From positions 10,421,403-10,485,402 of the forward strand of contig CM082587.2 in assembly GCA_040954595.2 (NCBI GenBank): 64,000 nt of DNA. The letters run 5' to 3'. This DNA is from Balanoglossus misakiensis. Its lineage: Eukaryota > Animalia > Hemichordata. Every line of letters starts with the position of its first letter. The stretch's first letter is position 1. Under the pieces are notes generated by a model. That model did not search any database. It was given only the letters and a program-made list of their open reading frames with translations, and was not told the origin of the DNA. Both the position numbers and the translations under genes were made by a program. Positions 53,019 through 64,000 of the stretch are shown here, piece after piece.

Positions 53019-55944
53019 GATATTGTGGGGAGGGTCACTTGATTTTGTTCACGGAGAAGGGGGAGGGTCAGCATTTTTTGTGCAAGAAATCGGTGGAGGG
53101 TCAGTATTTTTCATGCATGCGGATTTTGAATCGCACCGGCCTTCCCCCCCCCCCCCCTGTTAATTCTGACCAGGCCCTAAGACACACAACTTGCCACACG
53201 TAGCATGGTGGTACTACGTGATACCACACAGCGTTGCTTCCGCTCCCACTTGTCGCTTGCTCGACCACGTACTGTCGCCAAGCACGCACCGGCGCGGTGG
53301 TCGACACGTCGTGTGGGGCCGTTTTCTGAATAGAAATCACGCTTGTTTGTCAAGGCATGCGCGGGACGTATTCGGCATGGTGCCGAATTCGGCACAACAC
53401 CGGCGCATGATAATGATGATAGCATCGCTTTCGTTCGTTCGAATTGAAATGTACTTGGTCTTGTTGTGACCTTCAGTTATTTTTGGACCTAAACATTGGC
53501 CAAATGACTGTAGTTTCGTGAAAGGAATATGTCAACGATAATATATGGTTCTGATCATTTTGTCAAACTTTACCATAGATGCAGTCTTTGATATCACCAA
53601 TCCTCCAAGTGATGATCATGCCTACTGTAGAACTGATCTGAATGAAAATAGTTCTGGTGTGTCTGTTGCTACCCAAACAGATATTACAGGTAAAGTATAG
53701 TACTAATTGTCTTTAACACTCAAAGCTCATTTTTATAGATGATTATTGATATTTTCTTTTAATTTGTTGTCAATATTTTTATATAAATTTGTCTGTTTTA
53801 AAAAAGGATATTTTATACAACCTTATTATCACTGTTGTTGTACAAATAAATGATCATATCCTCTTCAGGAAGTAAATTGTTGTACATGTACATTTTGCTT
53901 AAACATAGACAAGAGTTACAGCTAATGGAACTTAAAATTAACAAATTTTTAATTTTTTGTTCAAGGGTCACATCTGCAGCAAGCCCAAGAAATCAATATA
54001 TTTTTACAAAAAAGGGTAAATGAACTGGAGAATGTCTTGAGTGATAAAGATAAATTACGGCGCGATTTAACTGTGGATTGTTTGCTGAAAAGTGATAAAA
54101 GCTGCATGAAATACACAGGTAAGCTATGGAAATCATGTATATGGTACATATTGGAAAAAAGCTTAGACTTGGCAATGACTTCACTGTTTTCCTCATTTTA
54201 CAGTGAAGAGTGGTATATCTGCTGTCTGTATTTGTAGGGTTTTTTAGGGGCCCGTGCCTAAAGGGCCTATGGTCAATCTGGAAAACCACAGCAGCTACTG
54301 GGCTAAAGCTTGGAATAGTGATAGAGGCCAATGAGTTGTGTGCCATGAACTTGTGAATTTTTTATTTTGTCGTGAAATCTGATAATTAGATAATTTCTTA
54401 TTACATACTGTAGGTATAAAATCAAGAAGCCAACTTACTGATGTTTTTGATATTGCATCATCATCAACAAATATAAAATACTGGCAAGGAAAACCTAGTC
54501 TCAGGTAATATTTCCATTTTTTTTGTTATTTCTCAATCATTTGTTACTTTGATTCTGTGTCAGAAAGAGATAGTGTTTGACCATATCATTGTGCATGTAT
54601 CTAGCCAATGACATATTTTCCCTAGGTGACTTTGCGAAAAGTTTATATATTATTTAGACACTGCTCTAACCATATATTGGCATATGTAAATTGTTTGCAG
54701 CCCTTTAAGATGATGGATAACTTGCTGGGCTCTATTCATGCTTGTTTTTCTGACCATTTGTCCATCAGAAACTCTTCGCTAGGATAGGGATGGTTTACCT
54801 TCATGAACTTTGTTTCACTCATCACTTGCTTTTATCCCAACATAATGATTTATTGCTGGCCAATTTTCAGGGAAGAGAACAATGGAGGAACCATACCCAG
54901 GAAACGAGGAAGACAGCGAAAACTCAGTCCTTTTCAGGAGTTTATGTTGACACTCATGAGGCTACGGGTGGGATTGTCTTTGTTTATTTTAGCTGACATG
55001 TTTGGTACATCAACCACTCGAGTGTCCCAGGTGTTCATAACATGGATTAATGTATTGTCGTCAGCTATGTCTCCTCTTCTGAAATGGCCATCCAGGAGAC
55101 GTGTGTCGAAAAACTTGCCTCGTAGTTTTAAGTCAAAGTATAGAACAACCAGAGTAATCATTGATTGCACAGAATTTTATATACAAAAACCATCAATGCC
55201 CAAAGCACAATATATAACATACTCTAATTACAAATCACCAAATACATGTAAAGCTCTTATAGGTATAACACCAGATGGGTTCATCAGTTTTGTTTCAAAG
55301 TTGTGGGGTGGGAATGCATCTGATCGACACATTACTAAGGAATGTGGTATAATTGATTTGCTTGAAAGGGGGGACTTGGTCATGGCTGATAGGGGTTTTT
55401 TGATAAGGGATTTATGTTTGAAAAGGCATGCAGATCTTGCAATTCCACCGTTCACACGCAAATGTTCATGGGGAAAGGGTAAACATCTTAGTTTGAAAGA
55501 AATTGTGAAAACTCGTGATATTGCCAGATTGAGAATCCATGTTGAGAGAGCCATTGAAAGAATAAAAAAATGTTCCCTTTTATCTCAAATCATACCATTG
55601 TCTCTTAAAACCTGTTACCAATCAGATGTTGATAGTTGCAGCAGCACTGTGCAATCTTTATGAACCACTTGTGAAGAATTAACATTCGCAATTCTGGTGC
55701 AACAAAATGACAGAAATGCAAATAAATATAATATATCAAGAAAATTATGCTTTTTCTTTTTTTTCATTTACAGCATAATTGTCCCCTAACATAAATTTTC
55801 TCATGGAAAAGATTGTATTGCTGTCTTTTTCCCCAGAAACCACTCAGAGAAATGAATGTTATAATTCATGTGGGGTAAAACTGTTATTTATTACCGGATT
55901 CAAAACACAACACTCAAAAATTTACAGTGGCAACAAATTTCTCT

Positions 55945-58523
55945 TTAAATGTTTGGAAACACCCAAGAAAGGAATATATCTGTCAATCTGGTGCTTAACA
56001 AATCCCAGAATTCTTTATCATGGTATATTCTCTCTACATGAACATATGGATGCTTTCCTAAATACAAAACAAAATCACAGTATTCCACCCTGGCTATTGC
56101 CATCTGCATTTGAATTTGGGTCAGCCATGGACCAGATTCGAGATGAATATTTTTGTTTTGGTCCATGCTGACATTATTTTTCAGTTTCACGTATTCTTGT
56201 AAATCACACTCGGCACCAGTGCTTGGGCATTTAATTTCTATTACCCCCCTCCCATGACACTGACATTCAACCATGCCATCTGGGCTTGCCCCAAAATGTG
56301 GTTGACCTGGGTCAACAAATAACCCTGTTTCCCTTATTTTAAAATTTTTATGCGTTTTTTCATTTTCTATAAAATATAAACTTCTAGCAACATTTTCTTT
56401 TTCTATGCCATATTCAGTGTGAAAATTTCCTGAGAAGTGATTACAATTAAGAATGGATTTAAGAATTGAATGATTGGATGATTGATTTTTAACATGAACA
56501 ATTTTATAAGCTAAACTGGCGGTAATTCTCCCAACCCTCTGATTAACCCACCCTTGATTGGTTGCTTGACCCCTGGTGCTTTCCTCAATTAAATTACATA
56601 GATCCTGGGTATATTCTGACGCAAGTGATTCAATCCCCCCATTTAATTTATGTTTCCTGCAAATTTCTGTAAATGTTGGTAAATGAGCGTCATCACTTTC
56701 AGAGTCACTGTCTGACAAGTAGCGGCTGGCAAGTGAATCTCTTTCACACACACGTTTCCATCTGAAACAAAATATAAATATGTTGTCTGTGGTGTCGGGT
56801 CCATCAGTGAAGTACACAACAGGTTGACTCAAAGAACAACTTTAATGCATGCACAACACGAGTCAGCAAAACTACAGAAGCGAGGCTTGATCATCGCCGG
56901 GCATCATGGGAAATACAGGCCATGCAATGTAAACCATATGTGTAACAACTACTCATGCCAGGCTCATATGACTGGCGTGGTGCTACATGGTCCTAATTCT
57001 TACCTTTTTTCAAGGTCATCTGGAATTGTTGCAGGCTTGTACATGCTAACTGTTGGTTGTGTCAGTTGAGAGCTCCTCTTTTTTCTAACATCGATCAGTG
57101 TTCGAAATTCATAGGAAATATCAACCAGTCACCAGGACTGGCAACTTCAAAAAGTTGCCAGTCCTGCCAAAAACTTACCAGTCCTGATATTATGCCTTAC
57201 AATTAAATGTAAATCAAATATAACTGAGAAGATATTACCTTATCTGTGAACAATTGAAGATGGGATGGAATCATATTTCTCTTAACATTACTTTGATTTG
57301 ATAATTTTCAAGCTTTTACATCATTGTTTCTTTTATTTGCAATACATGAACTGGGGAAAGTCTAAAAGATGCCATGATACCACTGGTCAACTCCCATGTT
57401 TCAACCTGTCTGTCGGACTGGTAACATTTTATTTTTACCAGTCCTACAGAAAAACAACCAGTCTCGGACTGTCGGACAGGCTTTATTTCGTACACTGCAT
57501 CGATGTCGTCCAGGAGCTGTGGTACCACAGACTTTTTGGGGCGGTCCCATTGACACTGGACATCAGTCCCAACCACAGTGTTTCTGTCCTGGTGTCGCTC
57601 GCCAAACGACCATTAGCCAAACAACATGGCGGCAACATGTTTGCACGCCTGGTCATCCCTGTGACAAGAAATGCAGTTTTCATCAATGAATTGATTCAGC
57701 TAACTGTCTATAAAATGATATTGCCTGATAGTAAGTTTGAAAAAAAAATGATTACCGGGATGCATCATATTCGTACTTTGGTTATAAATGTGTGAAATTG
57801 TATTTAGTTGCTACTTACGCAGGGCATTCACAAGATGACGACATGATATTTGCTTCCTCTAAAATCACCCATAACTTGTACAGAGCTTGTTGTTCAGTTT
57901 CTCTGACACACACTCCTCTTACATATATAAATCTGTCATCGATCTTGTACATTTGTACCTAACACAAGTGAAGTTGTCAAGAAGGAAAAAAAAGTTGGTC
58001 AAATTATGATGCAATGCATATAAGAACTTGGATTAAAACTGGGTCCAGCTCAGCGCTAGCAATGTGGGTTAACCCATATATAATGTGCTACATTATTCCT
58101 ACACATCAATGATCATATGAAGCAAAGAATTCGTCAGGCTATCATCATTGCTTGATGTGTGCACAAGGGACTCAAAGCCAATGAGCCCACACAGGAGATT
58201 CACTACAACTATAGTGTACAAGCATTTACATGTAAAGCAAACTGTACTCAAACTATTTTTCTATATACATTCTGAGATTCAAGCAAAAATGGGAAAACAA
58301 GATACAAGTAGAAACTTACTTTATTGACATGGCCATCATTATGTAGTTTCCATCCATCTGATAATTTGTAATTATTGATCATTGACTTACACCACCCATT
58401 GGAAAATAAAAACATAATAACCCTTGGAAGTTCAACATCTGGTAAAAGGTTCAGATCATCTGTCCATTCCTTTACACTGTCAGGGTTAACCAGCAATCTC
58501 GCATCAGAGGTAGTTCTGTACAT
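55945..58523 (-). pseudogene. YqaJ/lambda-exonuclease gene of the ISL2EU element (upstream SWIM-like exons degraded)
   Basis: TRGQ...W...RVGRITAS...YG...E...GASPDG...IEIKCP...QIQMQM..CDFVLY in 55945-56761; ACKHVAAMLF near 57630-57660; convergent with the transposase. Confidence 0.85.
57096..57497. mobile_element. MITE inserted in a YqaJ-gene exon
   Basis: TIR cagtgt(t/a)cgaaat; 7-bp TSD catcgat. Confidence 0.8.
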
Positions 58524-58798
58524 CCAAAATGAAAATACAGTCAGATAAAAATATCATGAGCTAATATTTATTGACCATCGTTTAATTGTAAGCTTCTTGT
58601 AAAACTGTGATGCATGCACTCAAAGATTATGTAACTTTTGTGTGATATGCACGCAAAAAAAAAAAAAACATTGAAAGAAAACAGAACGGGCGAGGCTAGG
58701 ACTCCGATCTGTAGGCGCTTTACATGCTGTAGCAGTATCGTACAGTGATGTAGGCCTACGTACGTGCGGTAACCCGAACCACAAACTGGATTGGGCAC

Positions 58799-58945
58799 AT
58801 GTCAGCTCTATAATTTATGCACGCAGAAACCATTAATGTCAGCTCTATAATTTATGCACGCAGAAACCATTGATGTCAGCTCTGTAATTTATGCACGCAG
58901 AAACCATTGATGTCAGCTCTATAATTTATGCACGCAGAAACCATT
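58799..58945. repeat. 37-bp minisatellite x4
   Basis: atgtcagctctataatttatgcacgcagaaaccatt(a/g). Confidence 0.9.
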
Positions 58946-59095
58946 TAGATGACAACAAGTAGGGCTTTTTGCTGATACATGTAACACAAAAATTCGCTAC
59001 CTTGTATGTACTAATGCGTGGGGGGGGGGACCAACACTATCTCTTTCATGATGTTTATTTACTTCATTCGCTAGAGGGTGTGGGGCTAGCTAGAC

Positions 59096-60774
59096 CACGG
59101 GCGTCATGGAACAATAAAGTGTATGGATAATTTAGCATAGGCCTAAACGAACACACAATAAATTATTTCGTGTTTTTTTTATGTGAACGAGAACTACACT
59201 CACGAACGGCCTAGCTACAGCTGGACTTGCAAAATATGCGAGCGAACGCACTAGCGCCGGACTTGCAAAATATGCGAGTGAACGCACTAGCGCCGCGTTC
59301 CGCGGAAGTGATGGAGCAATCTACAACCGCACGCGCGCACGCGTCCGGCCCAGCGCGCGCGACAGACGATCGTACGACTCCGTTGCTAGCCAGGACAGAC
59401 GCGTTCGTATACAGTGTATGTACTGATGTAAGGAAGGGTATGCAATCGCTCTCATCATGCTCATGGAGTCTGGCGACGTGCGTTACCAAAAAGGGGGGAC
59501 AGGGGGGACACTTTGTTCTACGGAGCAGAGAGTGCCATCGAAGTGTAGTCAGTAATTTTCATTTTTGCTTAGAATGTGTCTTGAAAAGTGTTGGATTAAT
59601 CATGAATAAAAAACGGAAAACCTGAAAAATACAACAAATCCGTATACAAAACCATTGCGAATCTGGTGACCGGAAGTGCCGTGTTCGATCGCCGGGTTTT
59701 ATATCATGTGTATGAAACTATGCGTGAGCTCAGCTCAGCTCCTCCCAGTCATGGTGGACGTTGTTCATGTGCATCACTGTTATATTTGCTATGATTTTTT
59801 TTTCATGAAACAGTATGTCCTATGTATACCTTTCAGAGAGAAATTTGCGACATCGCCCAAACGCCATTTTACGTCGGTAACGCACGTCCCCAGGACGAGT
59901 GACACTTTTCGATCGATAATATCTCGAATGTTCGACCGACTTTTGAAAATTGAAAAGCCAGACATTAGGTTTCTATCTAATCTAAAACGCATACTCTGGT
60001 TTGGTAACGATCTTCTTCGTAATAGTTGCCAAATGGCGGTGGGCTGAAAATTCGTTTTATACCCTGTATATATGTGTACTCACGTAGAGCACGGGCGTCA
60101 TGGAACAATAAAGTGTATGGGTAATTTAGCATAGGCCTAAACGAACACACAATAAATTATTTCCTTTTTTTATGTGAACGAGAACTACACTCACGAACGG
60201 CCTAGCTACAGCTGGACTCGCAAAATATGCGAGCGAACGCACTAGCGCCGCCGAACGCGGAAGTGATGGAGCAATCTACAACCGCACGGCGCACGCGCCA
60301 GGCCCAGCGCGCGCGGCAGACGATCGTACGACTCCGTTGCTAGCCAGGACGTACAGACGCGTTCGTATACAGTGTATGTTAGGAAGGGTATGCAATCGCT
60401 CATATGGAGTCTGGGGACGTGCGTTACCAAAAAGGGGGGACAGGGGGGACACTTCTTTCTACGGAGCAGAGTGCCATCGAAGTGTAGTCAATAATTTTCA
60501 CTTTTGCTTAGAATGTGTCTTGAAAAGTGTTGGATTGATCATGAATAAAAAACGGAAAACGTGAAAAATACAACAAATCCGTATACAAAACCATTGCGAA
60601 TCTGGTGACCGGAAGTGCCGTGTTCGATCGCTGGGTTTTATATCATGTGTATGAAACTATGCGTGTGAGCTCAGCTCAGCTCCTCCCAGTCATGATGGAC
60701 GTTGTTCATGTGCATCACTGTTATATTTGCTATGATTTTTTTGCATGAAAACAGTATGTCCTATGTATACCTTT
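59096..60774. mobile_element. Two tandem truncated copies of the P-like element, inverted relative to 47108-48315
   Basis: TIR cacgggcgtcatggaac at about 59096 and 60089; the second copy is cut by the Gypsy LTR. Confidence 0.75.
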
Positions 60775-63700
60775 TGTTAAGGGGGGAAATTATAGGAAAG
60801 CACACACCAGCCAACGGTATCGTTTCAGTCAGTATATTCTGGAAAACGGGAACTCGTAACGTCAACATGTACACAAGGGAACTCGCCCCAAAACACCACA
60901 CACAAAAGCAATAATTCCGCCCGACTCAAGAGGGCGCCTGAACACGCGAGGTCAGGGGTCAAGTCCTTTCAACAAGTCCAATGTTTATAATCGTACCCTT
61001 ATCACTCCTCCGCCCTAAACTACGGCAATTCAAAACATTGAAACAGCATGCAATTGAATGTTTGTGCTAATCACTAAAAGTTTATCAGTTGTAACAAGTG
61101 TCATTTGAGAAAGTATCATGCACAACATGGTCCAACAACAATTCAGTCACTGTCTTCGCTCATACAATAATCCTGGTGCCACTGGGGTGTACGACGCATC
61201 CGTTGTGGTCTTTGCACTTCTGCATCTCCCAACTGCTCCAGTGGATGTCCATCATCAGAGTGTATATTTGCACCGTCCAGATGATCGACTTCACTATCAG
61301 ACTCCGAGTACGGCAAACATACGGGTGTTTCTGGCTCCTCCTCTGAATTCTCAGTTTCATCACTTGCCTCGGAACTGCTATAACACTGGGAGAGGTGAGG
61401 CGGCCTTTCCTGGTGTCTTTTCAAACGCTTATGGTTCACTATTTTGAATTTTCCGTGAACACCGATTGGTCGTAATTGGTAGGTTGTTTGTCCAGTACGA
61501 CTGTTGACAATGTAGGGTCCTTGCCAACGTTCTCCAACTAGTTTCTTAGAGAGTCCCTTTCTTTTCTTCGGATTGAATATCCACACTTTCTCCCCCACCG
61601 AAAATGGCCTGAAATGTACTTGTGGTTCCTGGCGCTTGTGTCGAGTCTCATGTTCGGCCAGTATTCTTCTCCTCCCCGTTTCATGAATCCTCTTGAGATT
61701 GTCCAACCGTTTCGAGTAATCTTCCACACCTCTCCTCCTTCTATGCGCAGATGTCGCTGGGGATAAGAAATCTGCCTTGTTGCGAGCTTCATATCCAAAC
61801 AGCATGTAGTATGGCGTTTCCTGTGTAACACTACTCTCAACTGTTCTGATAGCAGACAGCGCAGTTGGGAGTTTGTCATCCCAGTCTGTCTGATCAGCCG
61901 CTTCAATCATCATAGACAGACGTTCTGCAGTCGTCTTGTTCATCCGTTCAACTTGGCCATTGCCGCGTGGATTGTACGGTGAACTGCGCGTGCGTTGAAT
62001 ACCCAGCCGTTGACACAACTCCTTCAAGACACAAGCTTCAAAGTTTTTCCCTTGGTCCGAATGTAACCCTTCAGGTATTCCATATCGACAAACAATCTCA
62101 TCATATATTACGGCCGCTGTTGTTTTGGCTGTCTCATCAGGCACTGCGAATGCTTCTACCCATTTACTGATTGGGTCTGTTAGCGAAAAGATGTATCTGT
62201 TTCCACGTGGTGTCTTAGGTAAAGGTCCTGCAAAATCCATGTGCCACCACTGAAGGGGTCGATCAGGAATTGGTAAATCACCTTCAGGTGGGCGGTCAGG
62301 TATAGTTGGAGTTTTGCGCTGTAAGCATGACTGACATGAGCGACACCACAAATTGACATCTCTTTTCCAGTGAAACCAGAAATACCTTGAACCGACGGCT
62401 GATTTTGTTTTAGCTGGTCCAAAGTGTCCAAGTTCGTCATGAAGTGCTGTGAGTACACGCTCTACTTCTGTCTGTGGAATAACAACTTGTTCTACTGGCA
62501 TGTCCCCCTTCTTTGTCTTGAGAACCAACAAATCGTCACGGAAGTCCAACATTTTCCCATCCTTGACAAGGAAACTGTTGACATGGTTTGGAATGTTTCT
62601 GGGTTTTGTGCCATCCTTTACCCAACGACGCATTATGCCAACATGTTGATCATTTTGCTGTAGTCTGACTAGTTCGTCTATCGTCCAAATGCCAGCCAAA
62701 GTAACTGCATGAACATGTGGTGCTCTTGACAATGCATCAGCCACAGTCATCAACTTCCCTGGCCTGTGTGAAATTGTGAAGTCGTAGTTGTCTAGTGTTA
62801 CCCGCCAACGTGCTAGCTTTCCTTTAGGTTGCTTCAGTTGCCGTAGGTACGTCAGGGGTTTGTGATCCGTTATCACAGTAAAAGGTCTCCCTTTCAAGTA
62901 CATGCCAAATTTCTCGAGGGCCCATACAACACCAAGGCATTCTTTCTCTGTTGCTGAGTAGTTCTTTTCTGCCTTGTTCAACGCTCTAGACGCATATTCT
63001 ATGACATGGCCACCTTGGCAAAGGAGTGCACCCAAACCGATATCACTGGCGTCAGTCTCAACGACAAAGTCTTCTGTGAAACATGGATATACCAACACAG
63101 GGTATGACATCAGCTTTTCTCTCAGTTGATCAAATGCATTCTGACAAGCATTGGTCCAGTTATAACCTACATTTTTCTGGGTGAGTTCATGTAGGGGATG
63201 AGCTATGTCTGCAAATGTGTTGATGAAACGTCGATAATACGACGCCATACCTAAGAAGCGACGCAACTCGGCAACAGACTGTGGTCTTGGGTAATTTGAA
63301 ATCGCAGATACTTTGTCTGGGTCCGGTTGTATGCCCTCTTCGCCAACAATATAGCCTAGGTACTTCACCTGCTTCCGAGCAAAAACACACTTCTCCACAT
63401 TCAATTTCAAGCAAGCTGCACGAAGCTTTCCAAACACTATTCGCAGGTGCTCCAGGTGCTCATCAAAACTGCTCGAAAATACAATGACATCATCAAGGTA
63501 GATTAACACTATCTCCCAGTTCAGTTCGCTAAAAACTGATGTCATAAGTCTCTGAAAAGTTGCAGGGGCTCCCTTGAGCCCAAAGGGCATGGTGTTGAAC
63601 TCAAACAAGCCTCTGTGACAGGCAAATGCTGTTTTGTGGCGGTCCGATTCCTTCCCAGGTAACTGCCAATACCCCTTCGCTAAATCAAGTGTGGTGAATA

Positions 63701-64000
63701 TCTTTGCCCCGCCAAGTGCTGCTAGACTGTCATCAATTCGTGGAATCGGAAATGAATCGCCAACAGTTACTTCATTTAACTGTCGAAAATCAACACAGAA
63801 GCGTGTTGAGCCATTCTGCTTCTTCACAAGTACCAAAGGGCGAGCTCGACCATGGGCTATGGCTCGGTCTGATCACATTTGCCTTCAGACCATCCTGTAT
63901 GAAGTTCTCCACCTCATGCAGTTTGTTGAAGGGCACACGTCGTGGCGGTTGAGCAGTAGGAGCTGCCTGGCCTGTAGGAATTTCATGTTCTATCTTATCA
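60775..64000 (-). mobile_element. Gypsy/Ty3 LTR retrotransposon, 3' part; 3' LTR 60775-61004, PPT 61005-61016
   Basis: LTR ends tgataaggg...cccttaaca; PPT agggcggaggag; pol order RT-RH-IN. Confidence 0.92.
61143..63836 (-). CDS. pol: Gypsy Pol (reverse transcriptase, RNase H, integrase)
   Basis: RFCVDFRQLN, MPFGL, YLDD, TDAS, HHCC zinc finger, HSDQG...GQVERMN, W.GPY. Frameshift near 63840 separates it from the upstream PRRVP...SPWSS frame. Confidence 0.95.
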   Translation of the reverse strand: MVLVKKQNGSTRFCVDFRQLNEVTVGDSFPIPRIDDSLAALGGAKIFTTLDLAKGYWQLPGKESDRHKTAFACHRGLFEFNTMPFGLKGAPATFQRLMTSVFSELNWEIVLIYLDDVIVFSSSFDEHLEHLRIVFGKLRAACLKLNVEKCVFARKQVKYLGYIVGEEGIQPDPDKVSAISNYPRPQSVAELRRFLGMASYYRRFINTFADIAHPLHELTQKNVGYNWTNACQNAFDQLREKLMSYPVLVYPCFTEDFVVETDASDIGLGALLCQGGHVIEYASRALNKAEKNYSATEKECLGVVWALEKFGMYLKGRPFTVITDHKPLTYLRQLKQPKGKLARWRVTLDNYDFTISHRPGKLMTVADALSRAPHVHAVTLAGIWTIDELVRLQQNDQHVGIMRRWVKDGTKPRNIPNHVNSFLVKDGKMLDFRDDLLVLKTKKGDMPVEQVVIPQTEVERVLTALHDELGHFGPAKTKSAVGSRYFWFHWKRDVNLWCRSCQSCLQRKTPTIPDRPPEGDLPIPDRPLQWWHMDFAGPLPKTPRGNRYIFSLTDPISKWVEAFAVPDETAKTTAAVIYDEIVCRYGIPEGLHSDQGKNFEACVLKELCQRLGIQRTRSSPYNPRGNGQVERMNKTTAERLSMMIEAADQTDWDDKLPTALSAIRTVESSVTQETPYYMLFGYEARNKADFLSPATSAHRRRRGVEDYSKRLDNLKRIHETGRRRILAEHETRHKRQEPQVHFRPFSVGEKVWIFNPKKRKGLSKKLVGERWQGPYIVNSRTGQTTYQLRPIGVHGKFKIVNHKRLKRHQERPPHLSQCYSSSEASDETENSEEEPETPVCLPYSESDSEVDHLDGANIHSDDGHPLEQLGDAEVQRPQRMRRTPQWHQDYCMSEDSD

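Larger units (their letters stand above)
48767..53177. mobile_element. Non-autonomous PIF/Harbinger element (4.4 kb)
   Basis: TIR gggcctggtcagaattaacaggggggg; TAA TSD at 48764-48766 and 53178-53180. Confidence 0.85.
47078..53399. mobile_element. Second Ginger1-like element carrying nested insertions
   Basis: Same TIRs; CCGG at 47074-47077 and 53400-53403; 48316-48661 duplicates the interior of the first copy. Confidence 0.75.
45803..55682 (+). pseudogene. ISL2EU-type THAP-HTH-DDE transposase, 5 exons (45803-46292, 53579-53689, 53966-54118, 54414-54504, 54871-55682)
   Basis: THAP: CAVTGC...FHAFP...W...CSRHF...VP, with TAG at codon 23. Exon 2 has DHAY and TQT motifs. DDE_Tnp_4: IIDCTE...MADRGF...RIHVERAIERIK. 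All splice phases are compatible; frameshift near 55610. Confidence 0.85.

Noticed and set aside
58799-58945. 37-bp repeats as a CRISPR array
   Set aside because: Directly tandem with no spacers.

Overview
AT-rich animal genomic DNA, probably a marine invertebrate (inferred from spliceosomal introns and metazoan domains). Four zones. (1) 1-15.6 kb: a deleted pogo/Tigger element, an 11.5 kb tandem array of a Helentron-type (HINE/DINE-like) element full of nuclear-receptor half-sites, and long-hairpin elements. (2) 15.6-44.7 kb, minus strand: at least 36 exons of an uninflatable-like cell-surface gene (C-type lectin, LDLa, 3 CUB, sushi repeats, EGF, HYR, SEA-like, Cys-rich GCC repeats, EGF) with at least six disabling lesions. 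One sushi domain is split by an insert of about 800 aa holding mucin stalks and a complete two-domain expansin-like (DPBB + CBM63) module; this is the main finding. (3) 45.7-60.8 kb: an ISL2EU-type transposon (THAP-DDE transposase plus convergent YqaJ nuclease) with a four-level nest of other transposons in intron 1. (4) 60.8-64 kb: the 3' part of a Gypsy LTR retrotransposon. A small Penelope-type insertion carries a minimal hammerhead ribozyme. All homology calls come from manual translation and remembered motifs; no searches were run.
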